This document shows, one piece after another, positions 25,643 to 35,593 of a DNA stretch of 64,000 nucleotides (the stretch's first letter is position 1; every line of letters begins with the position of its first letter). The stretch lies in IMG/VR virus record IMGVR_UViG_3300026095_000001; one strand, given 5' to 3'. A model generated the notes under the pieces. That model had not been told where the DNA came from. It saw only the letters and a program-made list of their open reading frames with translations, and did not search any database. The stretch comes from an uncultured virus (IMG/VR IMGVR_UViG_3300026095_000001). Taxonomy: Duplodnaviria; Heunggongvirae; Uroviricota; Caudoviricetes; Crassvirales. Position numbers and translations under genes: made by a program.

Positions 25643-25816
25643 ATGCGACAATTAAAAATCGAAGTAAAAGGCGAAGGGACCAAATCAGAAATTGCCTATG
25701 CCCTTCTCAGTATCGTTAATTCCTTATTGGACCCTACACAAGATATAGACGAACAGGCAGGAGCAGGGATTGAATGGGAAGATAAGACGTTAATGACGAA
25801 TATCAATCCAGCGTAA
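25643..25816 (+). CDS. Early hypothetical protein (57 aa)
   Basis: Manual translation MRQLKIEVKGEGTKSEIAYAL... Confidence 0.65.
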   Translation: MRQLKIEVKGEGTKSEIAYALLSIVNSLLDPTQDIDEQAGAGIEWEDKTLMTNINPA

Positions 25817-25890
25817 ACACCACAGCGGGACAACGGCCCATGGCGTAGGAATTCATCATTCCGACCCGCGCTCATCTAAATTGCAACGTT

Positions 25891-26382
25891 ATGAAAAGAA
25901 GAAAAAAGGAAAAGATTATCCCCTACACGGCGGCAAAGTTACGCTGGCATTTGCAAAATAATGTAATGGGGTTGACAGACTACACTATTGACAACATCAT
26001 TGCTACCTGTCAGAAGGTAAATGATCGTAAGCTAACACTCTCAGATGATCCTAATATAGGCTGTACGGTGGCGGAGATGTTAGACGACCTAAGGATTGAG
26101 TATCGCTTCATTGAAGAGAACGACCTTCAGCGGATGTTAGTGCCCCTCGTTGAACGTACAGACTCATGTATCCTATTGGAGGAGCTGGACAAGATCATTA
26201 ACAGGAATAAGAAGGTAACGGACCTAGATAAGCGCTGGTATGAAGAAAAGCTGATTACGCTAGTAGAGAATATGGGGTACGCGCTTATTAAGCATACAGG
26301 TTCTTTGCCAGAGTTGGAAAAGATAGAAGCATTTCAGCAATCGTTAACACAGAATCCGTATCAGTTACGGCTCATTGCCTAA
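25891..26382 (+). CDS. Early hypothetical protein
   Basis: Motif-preceded ATG. Confidence 0.75.
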   Translation: MKRRKKEKIIPYTAAKLRWHLQNNVMGLTDYTIDNIIATCQKVNDRKLTLSDDPNIGCTVAEMLDDLRIEYRFIEENDLQRMLVPLVERTDSCILLEELDKIINRNKKVTDLDKRWYEEKLITLVENMGYALIKHTGSLPELEKIEAFQQSLTQNPYQLRLIA

Positions 26383-26461
26383 CGGTTCAGCGTACGGGGA
26401 GTCTGGGGGATGACCTACCGTCTCGCAAACGGGGTACGCTACTCATCTAAATTGCAATAAC

Positions 26462-26605
26462 ATGAAAACGATCATTAAGACCATTCTTATCGGGATAGCA
26501 ACGGTTGCTATCCTGCTGGTGACGACCTACAGCGTGTATACGCATTCGCTACGCGGGAAATACACGAACGTAGCAACGATACTACAAGGCAACGCGGATC
26601 AATAG
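26462..26605 (+). CDS. Small membrane protein (47 aa)
   Basis: MKTIIKTILIGIATVAILLVTTYSVY; motif-preceded ATG. Confidence 0.65.
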   Translation: MKTIIKTILIGIATVAILLVTTYSVYTHSLRGKYTNVATILQGNADQ

Positions 26606-26686
26606 CACACACCAGGAACACACGGAAGGATCAACACGGGGCGGGCATGGGGTCCGCCCCATTATTATGTAATTAAATCTAAATAT

Positions 26687-26938
26687 ATGGATGAATTATT
26701 AGACAGCCGCGAAAGTATCTATTTTATCAACACAATCACAAAGGGCAAAGATACGTTGCGGTTCAAGCGAGAAGCAAAAAGCGACAAAGAACTAACCCAA
26801 ATGCTGGTCCACAATGGGACGCACTATACCGGCATCAAAATCAGCCGTACAAAGAATGAGCGGACCTTTAGTCAACATTATGACCTTAGCAAAAATGATA
26901 TTAAGATATTAATAAAGTTTCTGCAAGATCAACTTTAA
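26687..26938 (+). CDS. Early hypothetical protein
   Basis: ORF with A-rich start. Confidence 0.7.
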   Translation: MDELLDSRESIYFINTITKGKDTLRFKREAKSDKELTQMLVHNGTHYTGIKISRTKNERTFSQHYDLSKNDIKILIKFLQDQL

Positions 26939-26978
26939 CTAAAACTGATCCCCACAGTATAACAGGCGGAACCATAAT

Positions 26979-27227
26979 ATGAGGCGATCAATTGCTAAAA
27001 TGCTAGTTGATTTTTATTCTGGCATTATCCCAGCCAAGGACATTATAGAGGATTATGAGCAGCTACAAGAGAATGAACAGGATTTGTATGCACTATGTAA
27101 GGAAATTTATGAGACAGTAAATAAAGAAAAATACAGCTGGCCAATGTTTCAAGAGCTTGTAGGCCATGAATTGGCCGATAAGCTGGAAACTATGGTACAA
27201 GCTGGCGCTGATCCGCGCATATCCTAA
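26979..27227 (+). CDS. Early hypothetical protein
   Basis: ORF in operon. Confidence 0.65.
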   Translation: MRRSIAKMLVDFYSGIIPAKDIIEDYEQLQENEQDLYALCKEIYETVNKEKYSWPMFQELVGHELADKLETMVQAGADPRIS

Positions 27228-27306
27228 CACCCCCACAGGGACCGCTGGCCGCAAGGTCGGGCAGCCGTTCGTCACGGCAACCCTGGCTAATCTAAATTGC
27301 AATCTC

Positions 27307-27744
27307 ATGAACAATTATGTAAGGGAAATTGAGCTGTGTTATGGCTCAAAAAAAATCCCAAACGGTAAGATCAATAATGCCAGTTCAGCCGTAGATTTTT
27401 TTCGATCTATATGGGCGAAAGATATAGAGATACGAGAAAGAGCATACGCTGTATATATCAACAACAAGGGGGAGGTATTAGGCTGGTATGAAATAAGTAG
27501 TGGGGGATTAACTGGAACGGTAATGGACGCGCGTTTGATATACAGCGTAGCGTTAAAATGTCTCGCAGCCAGTGTCGTCGTAGCACACAATCACCCTTCG
27601 GGTGATTTGCAACCGAGCCGGGCAGACAGAGAAATGACGCTGAAGCTAAAAGAGGGGGCAACGGTATTGGACATTAAATTGCTAGATCATGTAATCATTA
27701 ACGCGGATAGCTTTTATAGCTTTCAGGAGAGCGGGTTGATTTAA
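27307..27744 (+). CDS. RadC-like JAB-domain protein
   Basis: ISSGG.TGTVMD...AHNHPSG...S..D...LLDHVII...YSF. Confidence 0.92.
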   Translation: MNNYVREIELCYGSKKIPNGKINNASSAVDFFRSIWAKDIEIRERAYAVYINNKGEVLGWYEISSGGLTGTVMDARLIYSVALKCLAASVVVAHNHPSGDLQPSRADREMTLKLKEGATVLDIKLLDHVIINADSFYSFQESGLI

Positions 27745-27769
27745 TCACAGAAATCTAAATTGCAATCAT

Positions 27770-28111
27770 ATGTTTACATTAACACTGTATGACAGGAAAG
27801 GAAAGCCTTTAAAAGAAGGTGATATTGTACGGGTACACGGCGGCACAAACGTTCAATTCTATGCGGAAGTGAAATATTTGGAAAAGGAGCAGGCCATTGC
27901 TCCGTTTCATACCTTTTCATTCCATTCATTCGAAAAGGTTGATAAACTTCCTGACAATGCAGTTCAAAGCACTGAAGAGCGTTATAAGATTTGGTATACG
28001 CACAATCCTAAGACTAAGCTAAAGGAAAATCCAACCTCCAAATATTTACTTGACTGGCGTCAATGCGAGCATTTATTGAAGGATAAATGTTTTCGCATAA
28101 GCAAAATCTAA
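27770..28111 (+). CDS. Early hypothetical protein
   Basis: DRKGKPLKEGDIV; motif-preceded ATG. Confidence 0.75.
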   Translation: MFTLTLYDRKGKPLKEGDIVRVHGGTNVQFYAEVKYLEKEQAIAPFHTFSFHSFEKVDKLPDNAVQSTEERYKIWYTHNPKTKLKENPTSKYLLDWRQCEHLLKDKCFRISKI

Positions 28112-28182
28112 CCTTATCCCCGCTCAGGCCCATAGGCTGTGCATCGAATGCAGGCGGGGAGCTAATCTAAATTGCAAGAGTT

Positions 28183-28680
28183 ATGAAATACGTTAAGATT
28201 CACTACTTCACCGATTGTAAGACAATGGATGAAGTAAAAAAGGCTTATCGAAAGTTAGCCGTAGAACTCCATCCCGATAAGGGGGGGGATGAAGAAAAAT
28301 TCAAGGCGCTAGGTTTGGAATACGAATTTGTATGCAAAAAACTAGCAGCCGGGGAAAAAGTAACAGCAGAGGAACAAGAAAACAGCATCCTGGATGCAGA
28401 AGCGTATAAAAAGGCAATAGACGCGATTGCTAACCTGGAAGGACTTATTATTGAGATTGTCGGGACCTGGATATGGGTAACGGGCGAAACCCGCACACAT
28501 AAAGACGTGCTGAAGGCGGCAGGCTATATGTGGGCTAAGGCTAAAATTGCGTGGTACTTTCGTACAGAGGCACACCGGTCATTCAATCGCCGTAAAATGT
28601 CCCTGGATGAAATACGGGAACGGCATGGGAGTCAACGATACAATGGAAATGGTTATGAAAAGTATCTCAAAGCTAGTTAA
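28183..28680 (+). CDS. J-domain (DnaJ-like) protein
   Basis: VKKAYRKLAVELHPDKGG; GTWIWVTG; SLDEIRERHGS. Confidence 0.88.
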   Translation: MKYVKIHYFTDCKTMDEVKKAYRKLAVELHPDKGGDEEKFKALGLEYEFVCKKLAAGEKVTAEEQENSILDAEAYKKAIDAIANLEGLIIEIVGTWIWVTGETRTHKDVLKAAGYMWAKAKIAWYFRTEAHRSFNRRKMSLDEIRERHGSQRYNGNGYEKYLKAS

Positions 28681-28724
28681 TCACAGGGAGGGACAGCATG
28701 CTGTCCCTCCGCAATTATTAACAT

Positions 28725-29381
28725 ATGGAAAAGACATTCACCATTACCCAGGCCGAAAGATACGTGCTATCCGACTATGCGAAGGGCAATATTAACAAGC
28801 TGAAGAAACTGAATGAAGAAATTTCGTTACTATATCCCTGCGATGCCTATCTAACAGGCTACTTGAGAGACAAGGAGCTAGTAATAGAAAGGACAGCGGT
28901 GAAGCTTGTTCACCCAACCCTGGAAATAGAGGTAGAATTTAGTACGTACAGAAAAAAATATTCGTTTCGATGTTTAACGGAAAACACGTTTCGGGACATC
29001 GGCAATACCAGCGGGATAGGCAAAGATGTTGAAAAGCCAAATGACGTTGGCGTGTTAACAGCAGCCAAAATACGGCAATGGGTAAGCTATTTTGAACAGC
29101 GGTGTAAGGCCCTTGCAGCAGCGAATAAGGCGAACCAAGATAAGGTAACAGCTTTCAGGGCAGCACTGAAGGGGTTGCCTGTCCGCTGGATGGATAAAAA
29201 CAGCGGACAGGTTGTTCGCGGGGGTTTCCGATATCGTTTTGTCATAGATCGCGGGTACATCTCGGAGTATATGGAGTTAGATTCGTACATAGACAAGGGT
29301 CTGGAAAGATTCCTCCTCATGTCGGACAACAAACTATACGAACGAGAACAACGCAATAAAAGAGCGGGTGAAACCGCCTGA
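28725..29381 (+). CDS. Early hypothetical protein
   Basis: 218-aa ORF. Confidence 0.75.
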   Translation: MEKTFTITQAERYVLSDYAKGNINKLKKLNEEISLLYPCDAYLTGYLRDKELVIERTAVKLVHPTLEIEVEFSTYRKKYSFRCLTENTFRDIGNTSGIGKDVEKPNDVGVLTAAKIRQWVSYFEQRCKALAAANKANQDKVTAFRAALKGLPVRWMDKNSGQVVRGGFRYRFVIDRGYISEYMELDSYIDKGLERFLLMSDNKLYEREQRNKRAGETA

Positions 29382-29452
29382 CATTTGGTTATACGGTCTC
29401 GCTGTGTAGGCGGGACCGTATAACTTATTCTTTAACGTTTAAAAGAATCAAT

Positions 29453-29671
29453 ATGACTACTTATCACACTACCATTGACAACAAAAAGGTAAAAAACGGT
29501 TTCATGTCGCCAAAAGAGGTCTTAGAATATTGTACACAACACGGTCTGGTAAAGCCAGATGTATACCTAGTAAGCATTAACGCAGATTTTGTCCATCGGA
29601 GGCTATTCAACTGGGAAAAACAGGAATACGAAAGGGAAGGGGGTGATTATGACCATATGGGGATGTTATAA
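29453..29671 (+). CDS. Early hypothetical protein
   Basis: ORF with A-rich start. Confidence 0.65.
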   Translation: MTTYHTTIDNKKVKNGFMSPKEVLEYCTQHGLVKPDVYLVSINADFVHRRLFNWEKQEYEREGGDYDHMGML

Positions 29672-29750
29672 AAGATTCATAACTATGAGCGGAACAGGCC
29701 GCGTGCGAGGGTTCAACTCCCTTGCATAGTGCTCATCTAAATTGCAAATC

Positions 29751-29864
29751 ATGAAACAGTATGAAATCACCTTGGCCGGGGTTATACGGCTGGGCATCCC
29801 CGAGGGGACCGTTATTAACAGGGCATATGAACCTAATCGTTTATTTTGGACCTGTATTAGTTAA
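29751..29864 (+). CDS. Small early protein (37 aa)
   Basis: Motif-preceded ATG; MKQYEITLAGVIRLGIPEG... Confidence 0.5.
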   Translation: MKQYEITLAGVIRLGIPEGTVINRAYEPNRLFWTCIS

Positions 29865-29879
29865 CCTCAAAACCATTGT

Positions 29880-30233
29880 ATGATCAAAGAAAAAACAGCC
29901 GTCCGTATTGCCAGCGAAACGGGCGAAGCAGGGACAGCCCTGCATAAATTAGGTCAGGGGAAAGGGTACGATATGGCCTATGCGCTACAGTATTTAAAAG
30001 AGGTTGAAAGAGCCTTACGGCCTGACTTTAACCTGATCCCGGGGGAATTGACCAAACGGGAAGAAAAAGAGCTGAACAAGCTCAAGGAATGGCTCGTGTT
30101 CAAAGGCAATGAATACGGGCTAAAATTCGAATGGGAGAAACACAAACTATATGGATACGTGATCCCGTACTTGACAGAAGATACACCGGATAAGTTAGCG
30201 AACAAGGTAAAACCGATTACGTACCTGAAATAA
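29880..30233 (+). CDS. Early hypothetical protein
   Basis: ORF in operon. Confidence 0.7.
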   Translation: MIKEKTAVRIASETGEAGTALHKLGQGKGYDMAYALQYLKEVERALRPDFNLIPGELTKREEKELNKLKEWLVFKGNEYGLKFEWEKHKLYGYVIPYLTEDTPDKLANKVKPITYLK

Positions 30234-30315
30234 CCGTACAAAACCAGGGGGTAACCGCCCCCTGGTTGTTGTGATCTTCGATGATACTACGTGTGCTTAC
30301 TAAATTGCAAATCAC

Positions 30316-30573
30316 ATGAAACGAACAATCATTTATGTAGGCATGGCCGCGTCCTTTGTTGTATGGGCGGTCTGTGCTACCCTATTGTGCACGGGTCCAT
30401 ATAAGCGGCCTATGTACCTGCACGGGATACCCTACGATTCCCATGCAGTGACCATACACCGCGTATCGGAGCAGCCGGACGGGACAAAAACAGTGTGGTA
30501 CACCCAGGACGGCAAGGACACAACGTTGCGGGTAACGCAGAAACAATACGATTCTTTAACCTCCATTCCTTAA
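30316..30573 (+). CDS. Membrane-anchored early protein
   Basis: N-terminal hydrophobic segment; variant motif upstream. Confidence 0.7.
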   Translation: MKRTIIYVGMAASFVVWAVCATLLCTGPYKRPMYLHGIPYDSHAVTIHRVSEQPDGTKTVWYTQDGKDTTLRVTQKQYDSLTSIP

Positions 30574-30582
30574 CAAAACCAT

Positions 30583-30714
30583 ATGACAAAATCCGATAAG
30601 ATCATCATTGCTGTATTCCTTGCCATGCTGGCCATCTTTTTCTATAAAGCGTATAGAGGTTGGCAGCAGGAAAGGATCATCATGGAGCGGTTGCGATCGA
30701 CCCCACAAGACTAA
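30583..30714 (+). CDS. Small membrane protein (43 aa)
   Basis: MTKSDKIIIAVFLAMLAIFFYKAY... Confidence 0.55.
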   Translation: MTKSDKIIIAVFLAMLAIFFYKAYRGWQQERIIMERLRSTPQD

Positions 30715-30802
30715 ACTTAGGTTGGTATGCGATCTCGCATACATCAAGCTCGCCCATGTCTATGGGGGAGCTTTCATTTTATTAATCTTTAAACAAAAAT
30801 AT

Positions 30803-31018
30803 ATGACAGAGAGCAAGTATACAGTTAAAGTATCTTTCACCTTCACCGGCATTTTCAAGGTAAAAGCCGAAAGCAAAGAGGAAGCCCAACGAATGGTGAG
30901 CGAGGATTGCGGCATGACGATGGGGACGGGTATACAGACAACACTGAATGACGAAGATGTTGATTGGATTTTCGATACCCACCCGGAAAAGACAATTCAT
31001 TTCATCAAAAAACAATAA
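30803..31018 (+). CDS. Early hypothetical protein
   Basis: Y.VKV.F.FTG.F.VKAESKEEA...C...VDW.F. Confidence 0.75.
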   Translation: MTESKYTVKVSFTFTGIFKVKAESKEEAQRMVSEDCGMTMGTGIQTTLNDEDVDWIFDTHPEKTIHFIKKQ

Positions 31019-31021
31019 CCA

Positions 31022-31240
31022 ATGTATAAGAAAAACATCTCCACGATTGCCTTGAACGATGAGGAAGGCATTTTCGTGGATCAACTGAACAACCTAATCG
31101 CGGGATATGATCATGCGCCTAGCATCATATATCTCCTGCATAGATACAAGGATGCGCTCATTGATTGGCCGTCCAAGTTCAAAGACTATGATATAGTGAT
31201 CCTGGAGCCTACGTATCAGTTCGCCTTCGCTAAATTTTAA
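31022..31240 (+). CDS. Early hypothetical protein
   Basis: ORF in operon. Confidence 0.65.
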   Translation: MYKKNISTIALNDEEGIFVDQLNNLIAGYDHAPSIIYLLHRYKDALIDWPSKFKDYDIVILEPTYQFAFAKF

Positions 31241-31251
31241 ACCAAATCAAT

Positions 31252-31566
31252 ATGCCAACAACAAAAGCACACGGAGCCATCCGTAAAAAGGAATTTGAGG
31301 TTCAAAGAAAAAAAGACATCCGCACCATTAGGAGGTGGCTGGAAGAGGGAACAATAAAGTCATGGCAGGATGTGTTTGAGATTATGCCCATGTCGCGGGT
31401 CAGTCTGACCATCGGCATTGCCTATAATCCTTTCCTCATGCGGATAAAGTATCCGGAAAAATTTAGCATTGCGGAAATGCAGGAGATCGCTAAAGCGTTT
31501 GGGTGCGGTTATGAAGCGGTACATCATTTTATTTATTACAAACTGGTTCGTAAAAAGAAACGATAA
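31252..31566 (+). CDS. HTH-like protein
   Basis: PEKFSIAEMQEIAKAFG. Confidence 0.7.
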   Translation: MPTTKAHGAIRKKEFEVQRKKDIRTIRRWLEEGTIKSWQDVFEIMPMSRVSLTIGIAYNPFLMRIKYPEKFSIAEMQEIAKAFGCGYEAVHHFIYYKLVRKKKR

Positions 31567-31568
31567 CT

Positions 31569-31862
31569 ATGCTATCCAAAGAAATGAACAAGTGGCATGA
31601 AGGCGAACCACCGCCAAAGGACCAGCGTCCGAAATGCCCCATGTGTGGCAAAGTATTATCCGTAGATCAGTGGAATGAGAAAGACGAAGCGATACAGAAG
31701 GACCCGAAGTTGATAACAAGGACAGTCCTGCCAAGGGGTAAATGCCTGAAATGGCAATATCATTCGTGGGGGCATTTTTGTTCGCAGACATGTGCCACAC
31801 GATACGCCAACGCTCTCTATGATATGATCGTGCAAGGTAAGTTTAAACTCATTAAAAAATAA
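31569..31862 (+). CDS. Zinc-finger protein
   Basis: CPMCGK...GHFCSQTCA. Confidence 0.75.
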   Translation: MLSKEMNKWHEGEPPPKDQRPKCPMCGKVLSVDQWNEKDEAIQKDPKLITRTVLPRGKCLKWQYHSWGHFCSQTCATRYANALYDMIVQGKFKLIKK

Positions 31863-31867
31863 ATTAT

Positions 31868-32071
31868 ATGGACCAGAAAGAAAAGTATCCATACATCCGC
31901 GCATGGGGCACCTACATGGGTAGCGATGCCACCTACATCGATAGGCAAAAAGAAGAGGCGGAAGAGGAAAACGCTCCAAACGATGTTTACTACAAAAGTA
32001 GTTCGGATGGTTGGAAGCGGTATAGCGAAGCTCCTACCCGTGTGCAGAAATTATTAGATGACCATTTATAA
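31868..32071 (+). CDS. Early hypothetical protein
   Basis: YIRAWG.YMGS...YI. Confidence 0.7.
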   Translation: MDQKEKYPYIRAWGTYMGSDATYIDRQKEEAEEENAPNDVYYKSSSDGWKRYSEAPTRVQKLLDDHL

Positions 32072-32091
32072 CCATTAAAAAATAAAATCAT

Positions 32092-32316
32092 ATGCCGGAA
32101 ATCGATGACCAGATCAACAATCTTCCCAGAGAGATCAGGGAAGAGTTTTCAACCATGGAGGAGAACGAGCAATTCCTGTATGATCTCCTGAAAGAGGTTG
32201 AAGCCAAGCTCCAGGCGAGGCCGTATATGGGCGAATTCGTCATGGGCAAAGCATTACGGGAACGCATCGCGCAGGCCGTAGCGCATGAGCCTGGACAGCG
32301 GATACCGAAGGAATAA
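32092..32316 (+). CDS. Hypothetical protein
   Basis: ORF in operon. Confidence 0.65.
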   Translation: MPEIDDQINNLPREIREEFSTMEENEQFLYDLLKEVEAKLQARPYMGEFVMGKALRERIAQAVAHEPGQRIPKE

Positions 32317-32339
32317 TATTCATTCATCAATTAATCAAT

Positions 32340-32633
32340 ATGTCTACAATCCTAAAAGGATTTATCCTACAGACGCACAAGGCGGAAGCCTTGATGCTGG
32401 AGCTGATGGAAAAGAAAGACGCGCAATCGTATGAAACGATGCAGGATCAGCTACGTAAAAATGTATTGCAGTTTATAGCAGCTCCGATTGGCGACCTGGA
32501 GACAGGCGACCTCCTATATTTGGCGAAGCTGGTGCTACGCTACCGGATCAGGAATTCTTCCGGCTTCATGATCCGGCTGGCGAAAGAAAGTGATCGGTTA
32601 GATAACCAAAATAACAGCCATGAAAACAGTTGA
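32340..32633 (+). CDS. Hypothetical protein
   Basis: ORF in operon. Confidence 0.65.
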   Translation: MSTILKGFILQTHKAEALMLELMEKKDAQSYETMQDQLRKNVLQFIAAPIGDLETGDLLYLAKLVLRYRIRNSSGFMIRLAKESDRLDNQNNSHENS

Positions 32634-32826
32634 CAAAAAGCATTTATTGGATTTGATAGCCACTCAGGGGAGATTAGATGATTTAGACACCCACATGGGC
32701 GAGATTATGCAGGAATATACGAACAATCTTAATCCCTCTCAGGTGAACGTAAAGGAGCTGACAGATGAATTATTAACTAGGGTGCTGATCTACACCATTG
32801 CCCTTAAAGTGTTAGCAGATTCATAA
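32620..32826 (+). CDS. Hypothetical protein
   Basis: ORF in operon. Confidence 0.65.
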   Translation: MKTVDKKHLLDLIATQGRLDDLDTHMGEIMQEYTNNLNPSQVNVKELTDELLTRVLIYTIALKVLADS

Positions 32827-32843
32827 ACCTACAAAACATCAAC

Positions 32844-33074
32844 ATGACACGTAAAGACAGACAAGAGAGTAAGGATATCGAAAGGGTAATTAAAACAGTG
32901 GCACCCTTGATCGAAGATTATGGCCTGGGAAACATTGTTATGACCATCGCGGGATATGCTTCGGCTACCGTCGCGACAGAGAAAGAGGTTGACCCAGAGA
33001 GAGCCGCCGCGTATGCGAAAGCAAGTAACCTCTTAACGATTGCCGCAAAGCAAATCCAAAAATTAGAAATCTAA
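32844..33074 (+). CDS. Hypothetical protein
   Basis: ORF in operon. Confidence 0.65.
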   Translation: MTRKDRQESKDIERVIKTVAPLIEDYGLGNIVMTIAGYASATVATEKEVDPERAAAYAKASNLLTIAAKQIQKLEI

Positions 33075-33086
33075 ATCAACAACACG

Positions 33087-33419
33087 ATGGGCAAATCCAA
33101 AAGGAAACTGCCGGAACCCCTACCGGCCATGACGAATGGGAATCTGAGTCTTGCGCTGCTGGATAAGTTACACGAAGAGTGGTGGGATATGGACAACCCC
33201 CACCATATGTACCTTGTCGGATGCATCAAAGAATTATCCCCTAACGGGGAGCCGATCACACTACGCGATTTGTACGATCTCATGAAATCCATGATGGATT
33301 TTTGCGAGACCGTAAAAATGAGCATAGACGAAATTTCAACCGAATTACAATCAACAAAAAAACCTAAAAATGAAAGGACAAACGAAAACAAAAGCATCCC
33401 CCCGCGAAGGAAAAGCTGA
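33087..33419 (+). CDS. Hypothetical protein
   Basis: ORF in operon. Confidence 0.6.
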   Translation: MGKSKRKLPEPLPAMTNGNLSLALLDKLHEEWWDMDNPHHMYLVGCIKELSPNGEPITLRDLYDLMKSMMDFCETVKMSIDEISTELQSTKKPKNERTNENKSIPPRRKS

Positions 33420-33675
33420 ACCAGCCCCCGCTGGCTTCGGCCCCACCATTCACACGATCATGGAGCAGTATAAAGCGGCAGGGGAATGGTATCCAGAAAA
33501 TCAAATGAAGCTACTTACATTGCGCATCGAAAACGAAAAATTGTTGGAGATGCAAAAGCAGACAAGGATCATGCAGGCATCCCATGACTACCATGTGGAG
33601 CAAATTCAGCTCCTGAAAGAGAGTCATGATAAGCTGAACAACGAATTCAGGGAGGTGATGGACAAACTTAAATAA
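33370..33675 (+). CDS. Hypothetical coiled-coil protein
   Basis: ORF in operon. Confidence 0.6.
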   Translation: MKGQTKTKASPREGKAEPAPAGFGPTIHTIMEQYKAAGEWYPENQMKLLTLRIENEKLLEMQKQTRIMQASHDYHVEQIQLLKESHDKLNNEFREVMDKLK

Positions 33676-33683
33676 CCAATCAT

Positions 33684-34295
33684 ATGGAATATATTCCAAC
33701 GCCAAACCTGTTAAGGATCATGGTACAGGCAAAGGCAGATAACGAAATGCGCGCTTGGGTACGGGAAGCTGTATTGCTCCGCATAGAGCAGTTGCGCAAG
33801 AACAGGGAAGAGGATAAGCTGGAAGCCATGCGGGTACTTTTTAAAGCCGTGGATGAGCATTATGCGGAAAGCGATCAACAAACTACCTGTAAGAAGGGAT
33901 GTAATTTTTGCTGCCGCATGAATGTAGATGCGTCAATGGATGAAGCGGCCCTGATCATTCAGTATTGTAAGGACCATGGCATTGCCATCAATAAGAAAGC
34001 ATTGCGGGACCGCCTGTCCGTTCCTTTCCTGGAGGTGCCATGGAGTAAGCATGCAGCCTGCATGTTTTTGAAAGACGGCGAATGTTCCATCTATCCAGTT
34101 CGTCCCTTGAATTGTAGGACCTATTACGCGCAATCAGACCCGGATCGGTGTAATCCAGAAAAATACCGGTTCGATGCCTATAAGCCCGTCATTATCATCG
34201 ATAGGGACATAGAAATTCTGCAAACAGCGTTCTTTAACCTCGTGTTAGAGGAAGCCGGAAGATTGGAAGAGATGTTATTAGCCCAACTCAGTTAA
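33684..34295 (+). CDS. YkgJ-family cysteine-cluster protein
   Basis: CKKGCNFCC...CMFL....CSIYPVRPLNCRTY. Confidence 0.9.
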   Translation: MEYIPTPNLLRIMVQAKADNEMRAWVREAVLLRIEQLRKNREEDKLEAMRVLFKAVDEHYAESDQQTTCKKGCNFCCRMNVDASMDEAALIIQYCKDHGIAINKKALRDRLSVPFLEVPWSKHAACMFLKDGECSIYPVRPLNCRTYYAQSDPDRCNPEKYRFDAYKPVIIIDRDIEILQTAFFNLVLEEAGRLEEMLLAQLS

Positions 34296-34347
34296 AGGCT
34301 GGCTCCCTGGATCATTGCCGGGGTGGGAGCTTAATATTAAACACAAT

Positions 34348-34608
34348 ATGAAAAAGCAAATTTTCGTGTATCTGAGCTTATTAGGCCTTATTAGCTGTAC
34401 AGCTCGGCAATGTCAGGGCTGCAATCGTGCAACGCAATTTACAGATAGAAACTATGATGTTAAGTTGTATTCCGGCGACTCCATGGTATTCCATGATGTT
34501 TTTCACGGCATTATTAATCAGGAGGAGCATTCTGATGGGTTCTATTATTTCAAGGGAGATACCCTGGTAGAAATCGGCGGAAATTATGTCATTAAATCCC
34601 TTAAATAA
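34348..34608 (+). CDS. Putative lipoprotein
   Basis: MKKQIFVYLSLLGLISC lipobox-like signal. Confidence 0.7.
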   Translation: MKKQIFVYLSLLGLISCTARQCQGCNRATQFTDRNYDVKLYSGDSMVFHDVFHGIINQEEHSDGFYYFKGDTLVEIGGNYVIKSLK

Positions 34609-34880
34609 TGGACCGAACAGAACTACGCATTAAAGTGGGGGTGGCCTTAAACGCTGTCCCCCTCTTACCCACCAATCCGGTGCACGGGTTGGCTATTGAC
34701 ATGATCAACGACGCGGCGGCTGTTAACGGTGCCGTCGATTTAATGAAGTTGCGCAATGCAGCAGGCGAGTACATGAAAGTAATGTATGCGCTCTCAGAAA
34801 CGATTGACACTATTTTAAAAGAGCAAAATCAACAACAACATGCCCAAGAAAAAGGAAGAACGTTACCGGATCACGCTTAA
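34608..34880 (+). CDS. Hypothetical protein
   Basis: TAATG overlap. Confidence 0.65.
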   Translation: MDRTELRIKVGVALNAVPLLPTNPVHGLAIDMINDAAAVNGAVDLMKLRNAAGEYMKVMYALSETIDTILKEQNQQQHAQEKGRTLPDHA

Positions 34881-35052
34881 GGCGGAAGGTACGACCCTGG
34901 AGCTGATCCAGGAGGTTGAGCATTTTTTAGATGCCTTGTACCACGGGGATCATTCCCGGAAACCTGCGTGGACCGTACGCAGTACACGCGGTGCGTTTGC
35001 CACGGTATTATTAAACGATAAAACAAACGTTCGTGGAGCGGATGCCACGTAA
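34840..35052 (+). CDS. Hypothetical protein
   Basis: ORF in operon. Confidence 0.6.
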   Translation: MPKKKEERYRITLKAEGTTLELIQEVEHFLDALYHGDHSRKPAWTVRSTRGAFATVLLNDKTNVRGADAT

Positions 35053-35055
35053 AGC

Positions 35056-35286
35056 ATGAATACAAAGACCAAACATTTCATCACACGCCTGAAGCGTTTG
35101 CCGTTGCAAACAAAGTACGGCAAGATGATGCGCAAAAGAGCATGGAAATGGGAGGACATCCCCCTATCGCTGAACATAACCAATATAAGTGACGGACAAC
35201 ATCGCTTGCTTGCTGTCATGAAAACGGATAAAGAATATCGCTACAACGGTCGCCCCTTCACCACCATCAAAACCATTAAACGTTAG
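35056..35286 (+). CDS. Small protein with DGQHRL motif
   Basis: ISDGQHRLLAVMK. Confidence 0.55.
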   Translation: MNTKTKHFITRLKRLPLQTKYGKMMRKRAWKWEDIPLSLNITNISDGQHRLLAVMKTDKEYRYNGRPFTTIKTIKR

Positions 35287-35303
35287 CGGATCGTAACCGC
35301 TGT

Positions 35304-35528
35304 ATGATTATGAAGGCGGAAAATGCACCAAATAAAGATATAGCCAGCGCTATCTGCAATATGTGTTTCGATTATAAACCGTATGAAACAGTCCTGTGGG
35401 GTGAATCCATCGAAGAGCGGATTTATAACTGTTGGCAGATGTTGCATTATATTCTAAAGCGATCTCCAAACATCATAGAACTCATTCAGGAAACGGAGCC
35501 AGATGAGGAAAATATACTCAACAAATAA
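35304..35528 (+). CDS. Hypothetical protein
   Basis: ORF in operon. Confidence 0.6.
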   Translation: MIMKAENAPNKDIASAICNMCFDYKPYETVLWGESIEERIYNCWQMLHYILKRSPNIIELIQETEPDEENILNK

Positions 35529-35593
35529 CACCCGCCCCACAAGGCTTTAGGCCGATGGATTCGCCCTCCTGGTGGGGTGCCAAAACAACAACT

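Noticed and set aside
28687..28710. Perfect 24-bp palindrome as an operator
   Set aside because: It sits just after a stop codon like the other intergenic hairpins (24784, 29389) and has no second copy. More simply an RNA hairpin.
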